From Kudoa neothunni (taxonomy: Eukaryota > Animalia > Cnidaria), in NCBI GenBank assembly GCA_964304625.1, contig OZ199838.1, positions 9,389,245 through 9,453,244 of the forward strand: 64,000 nt of DNA, given 5' to 3'. A program made the position numbers and the translations under genes. A model generated the notes under the pieces. That model saw nothing but the letters and a program-made list of their open reading frames with translations. It ran no database searches and was not told the origin of the DNA. Shown in pieces: positions 14,181 through 26,268 of this stretch. Position 1 is the first letter of the stretch, and the number at the start of each line of letters is the position of its first letter.

Positions 14181-14816
14181 TATTACAGCAAGATTAATTT
14201 TCGTAGCATATGAACCATTTTATGAGATATTCTTAATCATATGAATAGCCACGCCTAAATTATATTATTGTGGCACATGCGCCAACGAGAGTAAATTTTG
14301 TGCGCTTTAAAATAATTTATTTCAAAAATACTATATTTGTTAGTTTTTATTCAATTCTAAAGAACTGCAATTAATTTAAACTAGAAATATTATCCAGTTC
14401 TGTATTAATTCTACAGCATTATTTAACCTTCTAAATCACATGAAAGTTTACACCCTCCAAGTATAATGGGGTCCACAAGACCCCACGTTTTTATTTGGAA
14501 AAATGGTAATATGTATTTTTAGAAGTTATTAAAATATCTGATCGATTATATATTCAGTAATTTCATAAATGACATCATGTAATATTGTGTGCGCTTGTGC
14601 GGATGATAAAGAAATATTTTAACCACAGCGCATGTATTACTTTTGAGATCGCATAATTTCTGTAAACATATCTCAGAATTCAGCTCATTTAGTAAAATTA
14701 ATTCTTTATTTAATTTTCGCTTAAATGATCAAAAACATAATAATCCTAACATAGACTATTGCATAAAACAGGTAACATAGATACGCTTGAAATGTTCATT
14801 AAGGCGGAAACAACGC

Positions 14817-17800
14817 TGTCGTGTACATAATCTTTTTGTCAAACCTACTTCCCACCATATATTTCCTTTCCTAGCAACCGCCTTACTATTACTTCATTAT
14901 AAATGATTTCCATCCAAACCCACCAAACCGAAAGACGCATCTCTCAATCTAATCTCTTTTGTCGTTTGAGAATAAAGTGTTTCTTTTCACTAGCACGGCT
15001 CACGCGAACTTAGATACAACAACTGGCGACGAGGACTATGTTTCTACGAGTTTAACATCTACAGCAACCGGCATGACAACTGGCACTCCTTTTGGTGCAA
15101 TCGGTGAGTTCGACCCATTAAGCGACGATTGGTCCTATTACCTGGACAGATTTCAAAGTTACGTAAAAATTAACGACATACCCGACGATGTCAAGGTCCC
15201 TGTTGGGTCTCCGACTTCTCCAGTTTAACGCGGGAAACATCCGGGCGGCCGCGGGGTCAACACTTACAAACTATTTCCCTCAGAATCCAAACCGTGTTTG
15301 ACCCCGGGTTTTCCACCACGACAGCTCTAGTCTTGGACCTACGAGTTGCTTACGGAGCTTTTGGGTCTAAGCCGAACGTAGGAGACCGGGCGAGGAGAAT
15401 CCCGTTTCGTTCAAAGGCGGAGGCGCGCCCGACCATTTTGGAGACCCGGAAAAAAAATCGGAATCACCAGCCCCTCACCCTATATAAACCACCTTGTGAT
15501 TAGAGATTCATTGTCTTGTTTATTTCTTAGTCGAGTCTCCCTCTTTTGCATTTTTGGCGCGACATTTCAGTCCCACTCCTACTAACAGTGATCGGGAAAA
15601 ACGGACATCGAACCATAACTGACCTAGTGAAACCCAAAAAGCCCATTGACATTCCTTTCGAGACACTGATAGACACTATCAACCAGTTGGACCACGAAAC
15701 GATTGCTGATTTCTCAAACCGTTTGAGAGCTGCCGCCCATAATTGTGATTTTGGCACCTTCTTAGATCAGGCTCTTCGGGATAAATTTGTCACTAGAATC
15801 AACCCATATCTTAATAGAATTCAGGATACCTTACTCACGGCTGACTACTCCTTTGAGGAAGCTCTCACCATAGTCAAGGCCAGAGAGGTTACTTTGCGAG
15901 AAAAGAAGATAATGAATGAAAACGTCACGAATAATGCTATTAACCGACTCACAACACTACGAACCTCAAATCATTGTTTTCGATGCGACTCCAAAGACCA
16001 CCATACAAGGGATTGTGAGCATGAGAACGCCATATGCTCTTACTGTGGGATCAAAGGACATCTAGCTAGAGCTTGCGTGCGGCAAAAGAACGGGAGAAAA
16101 CCACCAACGAAGCACAATCAACTTCGCCAACATAACGTTAAAATAGTAAACGCAGCTACCATTGATGAGACCTTAGGCAACAATAATGATGAGTCTGTTT
16201 ATTATTCGAGACCTTTTTCTTGCGTGTTTTACATTAATAGCGTCAAACTGGAGGGCAAAGTGGATACTGGAGCAGCTGTATCACTTATCTCTTTTCCAGA
16301 CTACCGCAAGGTTAGAGGAACGTTAAACAAATCGAATTTCACATTGACCACATACACAGGTCAACCTATCAAATTGAAGGACCGCCCAGAAATGGACGTA
16401 ACGGCTGGAACAGGAAATCAACATAGATTACACATGTATGTAGTAGAAGGAAATCAACCTACAATTCTTGGAAGAGATTGGCTACTACACATTCTCCAAA
16501 TTTGGCCGCCGAAAATAAAAACGATAACTACAAGCCTCACCTTGGAATCCATCCAAGCGAAATACAAAGAATGTTCCGAAGATGAAATGGGTACAATTAA
16601 CAATTTCAAAGTGCGAATTTTTATTAAAGATGAATCCCAACCCCAATTTTTCAAACCTAGACCTGTGTCCTTTTACAAAAAAAGTAAGATTTCGGAAGAA
16701 ATCAATCGTTTAGCTGGTAAAGGAATATTGGAATCGGTTACCTTCAGTGATCGGGCAGCACCTATTGCGGCACCATTAAAAAAGAATGGAAAGATACGCA
16801 TTTGCTCTGATTTTTCGATAACAATCAATCCTGTTCTCAAAGCTGAACAATACCCAATCCCGAGAATCCATGATCTATTCAATAAACTGGCGGGTGGACA
16901 AGAGTTCACTGTACTAGACATTAAAGACGCTTACCTACACATGGTTGTTCATGAGGAGGATGGAGACTATTTGACCATCAATACTCACATGGGACTCTTC
17001 CGTTATTCTAGACCACCATATGGTTTAACTTCGGCACCGACAATTTGGCAACGCTTTATGGACACGCTGCTACAAGATTGCCCTATGACTGCTTGCTACC
17101 GTGATGATATTATCATCACCGGTAAGGATAAGGAGGAACATTTAAAAAATCTTTCACAAGTGCTGACGAAGCTTCAGGAGCGTGAAATTCGACTGAACAA
17201 AGAAAAATGCCATTTTCTACAAAAGCAAATTAAATATTACGGTCATGTCATTAGCAAAGATGGACTTCAGAAGACATCAGACTTGGTATCGGCTGTCCTA
17301 GGAGCACCAGCTCCAACGAATATAACGGAAGTGCGAACGTTTTGTGGCATGGCTGGATATTGTAGAGAGTATATCCAACATTTTTCATCAATTCTCAAAC
17401 CCCTAATGAACCTTACGCCATAAAATGCGAGATGGCGATGGGATACGGAACATCAAAATGCTTTTAACCAAATTAAAACACTGATTACACGAGACATCAT
17501 CCTAACACACTACGATCCTACAAAACCCATTATATTGGCGACCGATGCTTTGTTCACCGGTATAAGAGCTATTTTGTCACATAAATGCATAAACAACAAA
17601 GAGAAACCAATAGCGTTTGCATCCCGAGTTCTAAAAGAGGCAGAAAAAAATTATTCCACGGTCGAAAGAGAAGCGTTGGCCATACGTTGGGGAATCGACA
17701 AGTTCAAGCATTATTTGGAAGGTTTAAAATTTGAAGTCTACACTGATCACAAACCCCTTATCTCATTGCTGAACCAAACAAAAGACAATCCAACTAAAAC

Positions 17801-18176
17801 GTCACCAAGAATTCAGAAGTGGGCAATCTATCTACAAAATTTCAACTTTAAAATTCTCTACCGAGCAGGAGCACAAAACCAAAATGTGGATTGTCTGTCT
17901 AGACTTACCAGTGAAACGGATGATGAGAATAACAAGAGTGCTCAGGATTCCTTAACCACTGTACATCATATCGAGCTAATCCAGCATAAAGGATTAAGTA
18001 GAAAATGCATTAGTGAGGCTACAAACGATGATGAGCAACTCCAAATACTTATCGAGTGGCTACGAAAAATGAGCCCACAAAGAAGCTTCCCACAACGTTA
18101 GAAAAATACCAAGGAGTTATTTCTGGTGACCAAATATCGACAATGATGTAGAACAAACCGTCCAGCATTGCCACCA
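14817..18176 (+). mobile_element. Ty3/Gypsy (Mag-like) LTR retrotransposon, 3'-truncated in integrase; 5' LTR ~14817-15021; gag-pol from ATG 15073
   Basis: LTR TGTCGTG...TACAACA with AATAAA; PBS TGGCGACGAGGA at 15024 (complementary to a tRNA-Ser 3' end); two CCHC knuckles, protease VDTGA, RT LDIKDAY/YRDD, RNase H TDHKPL, integrase start FW*PNIDNDVE; stop at 17421. Confidence 0.95.
15201..15569 (+). mobile_element. Solo LTR of a different retrotransposon inserted in gag
   Basis: TG...CA ends, exact 5-bp TSD GTCCC (15196-15200, 15570-15574), TATATAAA near 15481, GC-rich; removal restores gag DDVKVPLLLTVIG in frame. Confidence 0.9.
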
Positions 18177-20400
18177 GATAATGCCCGTTCGTTCGTGCAA
18201 ATTTCGTTCGTGTTCGTGTCCTCTTTTAGTCACACTATGTCAGGCTGGAGTGTGGAAAGTGTTGAAGAGGCTTTGAAAACTAGCAGACTTTTCTCTTGGA
18301 AAAAATCTACAACGCGTTCTAAAGAATGGGACAGTTTCTGTTCCATCTTTACTAAAAAGGGGGATGAAACATCCCAAATTGATTTTATTGTTTGCACAAA
18401 GTGCAACAAAGCATTCCCGCATAAGTCGTCTTACGGGAATAGGAAGCTTATTAGTCATAATAAGTTACATGCTAAAACAAATACAAATATAAAAATTAAT
18501 GAATTATTTGTTTCACCTCCCTCCATTGTTAATTTAAGCCTATCAGATCAGGTAATGTTTGACACTAAAATTGCTAATTTTGTAGCTGAAACAATCTCCC
18601 CGTTTACAATAACAGAAAGTGCATCGTTTACAGAGATGATAAACTTTGCATTTAACTTAGGCAAAAAAATTCAATGAACCTAGTGCTAGGCTTAAGATTT
18701 TATCTAAAAAATGCGTTAATAAAATAATCATGAATGAGTATGAGCGCATATGTTTAAAAATGGAAAAATTAATTACAACAATAAGTCACAATAGTATGTG
18801 CCTAACCATTGATATATCTGTTTTTTGTTAAAAATTTCACCCTTCAACATTTCCAATACGACATGATCTATTTTCCTGTAAAACACACTGCCGAAAATAT
18901 AAATAAAATCTGCACGGAATTTTGTATTAAATTTTCACTTAGTAAATCTGATCTAAGAATTCTTTGTGACTCCGTAGTAAACAATCTATCTGGTCTAAGA
19001 GAGTTCAACACAACCAGATGTGCTGCTCACCGCCTTCACACTATTATATCTCAAGGTATTTTATGTATTAAATTCATGTTAGAATTTTGGTGAGTAAATA
19101 ATTGTAAAAGTGATATACTTAACGATATGCTATCTTGATCTCTCATAATAATTCTGTTTGGTAAATAAAGATAAAACTGTTATAATCTAACTTTAGATAA
19201 TTTATATTGATGACATTTTTTATCACTAAGTTTATAAATAAATTTTACTTTCGCTATAATATCTAATTTCGATTTGTTTATTATGCGTAGCTTGGGATCT
19301 CAGTACAAACAGCACATCCGATTTATCCATACTAAGGGTGAATGTTGACAAACTGTGCGGATCTGTTCATAAAACGGCAGATTTACTGTCCAAATTACCA
19401 ATGAAAATACAATGGGGCTCAGCTATGCGACCATGGAGAGGTCTCAGCGATCGATATAGGACGTTAGTGGTGTGTTTCGATAGTTTGGAGGGTGTACTAA
19501 AAAATCATCCAGCTAAAAAATACTTTGACGGATTGGACAAGAACGAATGTGTTGTCGTAGCTGAATTTTTCAAAATATTCTCCGATTTCTTTGATCAGTT
19601 GGAACAGGTGAAAAGGCCATCGTCACATTTTGTAATTCGTCGAAGTTTCGTTTTTTATATTATCGTTAGGTGTTTATTGTATTTCATCGTATCAAAGCAA
19701 TGATTCAAAAGCAACATGAAACTTTTGTGGGCGATTATTGTATGCCTTTGGAAAGTTTATTGGACGAAAAATACACACAATATATTGATATCAACCATAA
19801 AATCGCAGCTTTTCTCCACCCAAATTTTAAAAAATTCAAATTTATTGAGTGAGTCTTTGCTTGTAGAAAATATGTTAAAAAATTTAGAATTAATCCCAAA
19901 GAGCCTCGAACCCTTGAAAAATCACTCAATATGTTATGAACTGGATAGTGATTCAGAAGATTTTCAATCAGAAATTCAACTGTACATCCGAGAAAAAGTC
20001 AACCAAGTTTACGAAAATCACCTCGTTTATTGGGAAAACTCAAAGAAAGAAAATCTTAAAAAAATTGCAACTAACGTGTACAGCCGACCAGTATCCAGCT
20101 CATTGTCAGAATGGGCGTTTTCATACGCAGGAAAAGTTTTCTCCAAGTCTAGATATAGACTTGAACCAAACACGCTAAGAAAATTAGTAGTTTATACTAA
20201 TATTAAAAATAAGACATTTCTGGAGTAAATTTAATCCACTCCTTCTCTTTATTATGTTTTATTTTGCATTATCTCAAAAGCAAACTGAACAGACCTAACT
20301 TAGCCACTTAAAAAATTCATTTCTAATTAATAGACTTAGAAAATTAGGGTTTGAAAGTATTTTTGTCATTTTAAAAAATGTTTAGACAGATTTGACATTT
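18177..20400 (+). mobile_element. hAT (Hermes-like) transposase pseudogene, termini not found
   Basis: BED finger (SKEWDSF..IVCTKC..LISH), FVAETISPFTITESASF, CLTID, CDSVVNN, CAAHRLHT, AAFLHPNFK, PVSSSLSEWAFS; TTCGT repeats near 18190-18220; stops and frameshifts. Confidence 0.85.
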
Positions 20401-20464
20401 TTAAAATAAAATAAATCATGTGTAACATTTTTGGATTTGATTGTTCTAAAATAAAAAAGTTACA

Positions 20465-22683
20465 TGCATGATGCCATATGGCATCACTCGGCCGCCCCAA
20501 ATTTTCAAACGCATTAATGCGCAAGCGCGGTTAAACAAACCAAACACAATATTGCTGTTTATAAAGAAAATAAGAACGAAAAATGGTGTTTTTATATTGT
20601 ATGGTATTCTTTAAAACAATTTCTGCTGATGTTAAGGCACAGCGCGACGTTGCATTTTATGCAGTAAATCCTAGAATACATTAAACAGTACTTGCATCCC
20701 TTTTTTTCATTTCTAGATTCTGGATAATGAAACATTCCATCGAAACGAGCACTCTTGAGCAATCCGCTTCCATCGGACGTTCGCTTGCGATTAGGAATAC
20801 CTTGGTTGACGTTTACTTCTGTGGATGATGGTCTACCCCTTTTTGGCATATGTTCTATGTTTTGGCAGTAAAACATTAGGTGCTCACTCACCTCCAATGT
20901 AAAGTTTTGAAGATCCATAATCTTTTTACTGTCTATATCCATTAGTTTAAATTGTCTGCGATAAATGAGCCATCCATTTAGTAAGCAGAGATTTAAGCAC
21001 CAAAAAAATATTCTGGTGTACCACTTTTTTGACTTGTGATCTAATCGATACAATGCCATCAACATATCGAACAAATCGACCCCATCCATGTACGTGTTAT
21101 ACATTTTTACGATTAGAGGATAGCTGATATTGAGAACTTTTTTATGTTTTTTGTCATACCTTTATACAGAAGACATCGGAAAAGCAGAATAAAAAATGGA
21201 TGATACACTACCAATAGATCCATCTAACCAGCGTACAACATTTATTTTTGAATTATTTAGACAATAGATTCCATATTCAAAACCTCCTCTAGGTTGATTT
21301 TTAAATTCTTTTTCTGCTTTAAAAGGACACTTTGTCATGCGAGTTTTTCTTATGGTGCTGGTAGAAAAGTAACCAAGCTCCAAAAGTTTGGCATGCAAGT
21401 TAAAACTTGAAAAGTAATTATCATAGTATATATGATATTTAGAACTATTCAAAGTTTCACACAGTTTCAACACTATGTCCGATGACTTATTCCCCGTAGA
21501 TGTTGTAACATTTAAAGTAGTTCCAGATTAAAAGTAAAAATCATGGATAATTCCACCGGCCCCATTCCTCGTAAAAACTTTAAAACCCCATTTAGTAGGT
21601 TTCAATGGTAAATAACGTTTTAAGGCCGATTTCCCCTTAAAGGGAATAATCTGCTCATCAACGGATTGATGGTATTCAGGCTCGATAACTAAGCAAGCCT
21701 GCCGTATTATGTCAAGGACAGGTCTCATCTTAAAAAACCTGTCGTAACCATCGTTATTAAGATTTAAAACAATATTGTTATTGTCACAGAAATGTAAATA
21801 TCTTAATAACGACACGAATTCATCTCTCGTCATTCTGTCGGATATGGTGTTGTAATTAATTTTTGTTGACCAATAATTCCTATATCGCGGCAGTTTTACG
21901 ACAGACATTCGAATAAGAATACCAATTAATAGCCGGATTTCCTCAGTTGTAGTTTTAAACGACGAATTTAATGTTGATGCGTATTTATTTGTTTCATTCA
22001 AAATTAGTTCAAAACGGGCGTCGGTAAAAAACTGATTGAAATAATAAAATGATTCAAAAATATCATCATCAACTTCCGTAAAAATAGACTGTGATGCAGT
22101 TGAGTTTTCACCATCAAAGGATTCATTTAGAATCCACTTAGGATCAACGTCAGGAGTTACCGTATCGTTTTCGCTTTCAGAGAGGTCGTTATCATTAACA
22201 GAATTATTAAAAGTTTCATCATCCGGCGCGTTCTCGGCATCGGATTTGTCGGGATCTGGAAGCAGTATAAGCTGTTTCACCATTCTACCAGGTGTAATCG
22301 ACCCCCGCCGAGTGATGCCATATGGCATCGTTGTTTATTTTTCGTTTTGAGCCTTAATGTTAAAACTTTCCTCAATTTTAATCTATATTTTTAAAAATAT
22401 TTTATTATACTAATAAAATAAATTTTTATCAATTTAGTAAAACTGTTTCTTCAGTCTTATAGTTATCGTTCGAAGGGGGTCAGCTTTGCTAATCCCAACA
22501 GCAAGTATTATTATCTATTTTATTACATGAAAATATAAAACCCAACACTTTCATAATTTTTGAATGATCACATTGATTTTCATCTAATAATGTGACAAAT
22601 TTTGTCTTGCAGAAATATGTAATAACGGAGAAATTCGCTAATTAACACAATGATGCCATATGGCGTCACTAGGCACGAAAGGG
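20465..22683 (-). mobile_element. piggyBac element, near-complete transposase (22328-20592, interrupted by two stops); 3' terminus missing
   Basis: SVDEQIIPFKG, PLKPTKWGFK, YYDNYFSS, YNTYMDGVDLFD, C-terminal CKYC..CIKCNVALC..CFKEYH; 5' terminus GGG|TTAA at 22683; palindrome TGATGCCATATGGCATCA at ~20469, ~22312 and ~22651. Confidence 0.95.
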
Positions 22684-22846
22684 TTAATATAACGAGGTTC
22701 TGTTTCCCAAATCAATTTAATTATCTTTAAAAAAAACTGATCAAATTTGTATTTGGTAATGAAATATGAAATTATGACATGAGGTAACATATCTCAAAAA
22801 TTCCAGTAAATCAAGGTAAAGATCGTAATTGCTTATATTCAATGCC

Positions 22847-23478
22847 TCATATTTTTCTTCGCTTAAAATTTATTATTAATTTCATATCTAAGCTCTTTTT
22901 GGTAATGGTAAAGTATGCGCCACCTAAAAACGCCCGCTTGTGCATGTTTTTCGAATATCTTTTTTTCATGATTGTCCATAATGAAACAAAAGAATACGGA
23001 TAGATAAAATTTAGCTTAGAATAATATCTTCTAAATTTTAAGAATTTATCATCCAAACGCTGGCGGGCACACATGCAATCATCTTTTTTTTCAATAAACA
23101 TTGAATTGTTGTCTAATTTGTTTTGATAATCACTCATAAGTTGGTTATTCTTCATATTTTTTAGCATATAAACAAATTTTACAATATCAGATTTATCTAT
23201 ACATGTTTTTTTTGGTTTTAATTGTGAATAGTTTAAAAACGAGGACAACCACGTGCTCTCAAAATACATTTTCTTAATATTCTTAGGGTTGATGAGTTTT
23301 TTAAAAATAAATAAACACTATATTTTAGATAAACATATAATTTCAATAGGTAAATAATTAAAGGTTGATTATATGAAGTTATTACTTTATTAGAGGAATT
23401 TTTACGTGTGTCTTTAGTATAACATTCGATAATCGTAAAAATGTTCTTATAAAAATTCAAAAAATTATTTCTATACAT
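22847..23478 (-). other. Orphan ORF(s) inside the outer piggyBac-type element
   Basis: Overlapping 140 aa and 81 aa ORFs; no transposase motif or recognisable family. Confidence 0.3.
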
Positions 23479-23999
23479 TTATTATTTTTAGTCAATTATA
23501 TGTGTATCGATCAAAATAATAACATTTGTTAAGATATTGAGTTTACACTTAGTAATATTTTTAATTCGTATATTGGCCCGAATTTGTTGTTACTAAATTT
23601 TGACATACACAAAAACTTACAAAACAATAAAAATATATTTACTCTATAAAATTTTTTCAAAGTCTTCCCAAATATTTTAGAAGAATAGACTGACTGTCAA
23701 AATTTTCTCATTGGTTAATGTGGTAGAAAATGGAAAACTCATGTCGTCTGGGGTTCAAAAGACCCCAATTATACCTTAGAGGGTTGATCAATTTTCCCAT
23801 TATAATACTATTTTTCTCTGTTTTATTTTTTAATATTAAAATTATCAATATTTTAGGTGTTTTTTTCTAAATTTTTTTGAATTTGGTGAATTTTAAATAG
23901 CTTTAATGGAGGATCATTGTATTAATATTGCATTATTTTTAGATAAACTTAATGTCATTTTACTAAATAACTGATAACATAGAATTATCAATAAGTGAA

Positions 24000-25374
24000 C
24001 CTGTTTTCTAGTTTCCATGGCACCATACTTGCTGTTTCTGGGCGATTTTTGTAAATCGTACCAAATAATGTAATAGAAACGTACCAATTCTTACCAAAAA
24101 ATTGTACCATATTTTATAAATAGTACAAAAATTAGGTTTTGGCAACATAATATTAATCGAAACAGATAAAATTATTGATAGGATCTATTTACATATTAAA
24201 ACGTTAATTCACTATCACTGTCCTCCTCGGTATATAAGTTTATATTTTCCATCATTTTAGTTATTTGGTCAGATTTATTCCATCTCACGCAAGTGGCATC
24301 TCTCAATAAACATTCAGAATATAGGAGAGCATTTATTGTTTCATCTTCCAATAAATCTCTGTTTTTTAACTTTGATGTTATTCACTAACGAAGTTAATCT
24401 TTCTGCATATCCAGACGAATGAGCCAAAGCAATAATAACAGTATTAAATTTGGCACTAATGGATACTTAGACGTTTCTCCACTTCTTTGATTCAAGATCA
24501 CATACCAGAATTTCTTGGAGTGTTTTGCAACGATATCATCATTATTATACAGACTACGTTCTATCTGTTCAATCTCCAAATTTAAATACTCGTCTTCAGC
24601 AATTATATTTGGAAATCTCATTGACATTTGCAGAATGTATTGCTCCAAACAATTGTAAAGACATAAACTTTGCAACGGTCAAAAACCTTTGAAATATCTA
24701 TTTCATCAGTAATAAATGGAGATCCAGAGCTTTGCCAAGTAAATAAACAAGATCTTGGGTACTTATTCCAGTGCATTTTCATTCTAAAAAGATTCTACTT
24801 TCAGTCCACAATAAAACTTATACGGAGGAATATAACAGGAGGGGTCCCTAAAATATTTTCTCCAGAAGGTGTTATTTTCGATCAGACTTCTTCTCAATAA
24901 ATAATTAAGGTCACTTTAATGATATTTTAAGAAGAAGTGCTTAGCTTAAGAACTCTAAAACTCTCAACTTGTAATTCAACATTAAATTTATTTATTATGA
25001 TTAAAGAGGAAACTCAAAAAGCAGTAAATTTTATTTACGGGTTAGGAGAGAGGTGTATATATTCTAGGTGTGGGTTCAGTACTATTTTCTGGTGTTCCAA
25101 CCTCGAGAAACGTTGCAAAAACCGTCCATTCTCCCAATATTCTCTTAACAACTTGCCCAAAAGACAGTTATCTTGTGCAACAGAGATACAGTATCTTCTG
25201 CGGGTCCACGCAAAATAATTTGTGTAATTCATTATATTCATTTTGAGCTTTTTGAGAGATATGAGTGGATACTTCTCACCAAGTCCTTAACACAGTTCAT
25301 TATGTGGCATGTTTTTATAATAATTCTATATCGAAACTTATTGACTTTAAAACGTACCAACTTTCGCAACCCTG
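24000..25374 (-). mobile_element. Decayed hAT-superfamily element
   Basis: Terminus (rc) CAGGGTTGCGAAAGTTGGTACG at 25374; CGTACCAA repeats at both ends; C-terminal-domain remnant KFWYVIL..SGETSKYPLVPNLILLLL. Left boundary approximate. Confidence 0.65.
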
Positions 25375-25390
25375 ACTTCACTCACATATG

Positions 25391-25400
25391 TGCGCATGCG
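25391..25400. promoter_or_regulatory. NRF1-like motif TGCGCATGCG upstream of mS38
   Basis: GC-rich palindromic motif 13 nt before the ATG of a nuclear-encoded mitochondrial gene. Confidence 0.35.
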
Positions 25401-25413
25401 TTATTGGAAAGTC

Positions 25414-25839
25414 ATGTTTAAACTTTTGGTCAGTAACAGATGGTTCCTTTGTTCTTCTCAATTAGGTTCAAGTAAAAATATGAATGAAATAAATATTATT
25501 TTTTAAAATTTTATAGATTTCTTCCCCAAACCCTTACCGACTACTGACTTTTCTAGAAGTATCACCACACCCTTCCGTTCAATTCTATTAACTCGTCATA
25601 AAAAAATGAAAAAGCATAAAAAAAGAAAACGATTTAAACGAGTGCGTTACACTGCTGAGTACCGCGCCAAGGTACAGGGCGAAGGATATAGAAAGGAACA
25701 AGAATATTTGAAAAATCGAGAAATTGTGCTCAAAGAACTGGAGCAGATGGATATTATTGATCCAAGTTATCGATATACCGATTACGTGCAATATCATCTT
25801 GGTGCTTATTTCGATGATAAAAAACATAACACTAGCTAA
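25414..25839 (+). CDS. AURKAIP1: Mitochondrial ribosomal protein mS38 (AURKAIP1/COX24 family); intron 25472-25516
   Basis: Spliced product MFKLLVSNRWFLCSS...LTRHKKMKKHKKRKRFKRVRY: presequence-like N-terminus plus the KMKKHK.+K..KR signature; 45-nt GT-AG intron keeps the frame. Confidence 0.75.
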
Positions 25840-26268
25840 TTAAGAATTTTTTAAGACTATTTTATTGTTTGTAAATGTGGGTGTTTGAATAAAAGGCTGT
25901 GTTGCGCGAATACAGATTAACATTGTAATATTTTTATTATCTGGCATATAAAGCACTCAAAATAAAACCACTTTGTGTCTGAAAAAGATAGTATAAAATT
26001 CTACAATAAATCTTTGATGGGAGCAGTCAAAATTTAACCATATAAAGTTCATAATTACAGTCTGAAAATTTTTCAGCTCTAAACGAGCTCAAAGAGTTTT
26101 TATCGCGAGGAAAAAATTCATTCAAAAAAATATTAAGCCGGAATTTTAATAATCAGTTAGTTTCTAAGTTATTTTATCTGTGGTGATAATAGTCTTTTCA
26201 AAGAAGGGCATTATACTGATCTGAAACAATAGCCATTGTCATTCTTCCCGCGTTACATTTGCACTTAA

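Larger units (their letters stand above)
14427..23783. mobile_element. Outer piggyBac-type element hosting nested insertions
   Basis: Left TTAA|CCTTCTAA...CCCTCCAAGTATAATGGGGTCCACAAGACCCC; right end (rc) CCCTCTAAGGTATAATTGGGGTCTTTTGAACCCC followed by TTGA (degenerate TTAA). Confidence 0.65.

Noticed and set aside
15294-16921. Small ORFs 15294-15503, 15527-15757, 16454-16654, 16673-16921
   Set aside because: Lie in the solo LTR or antisense to gag-pol.
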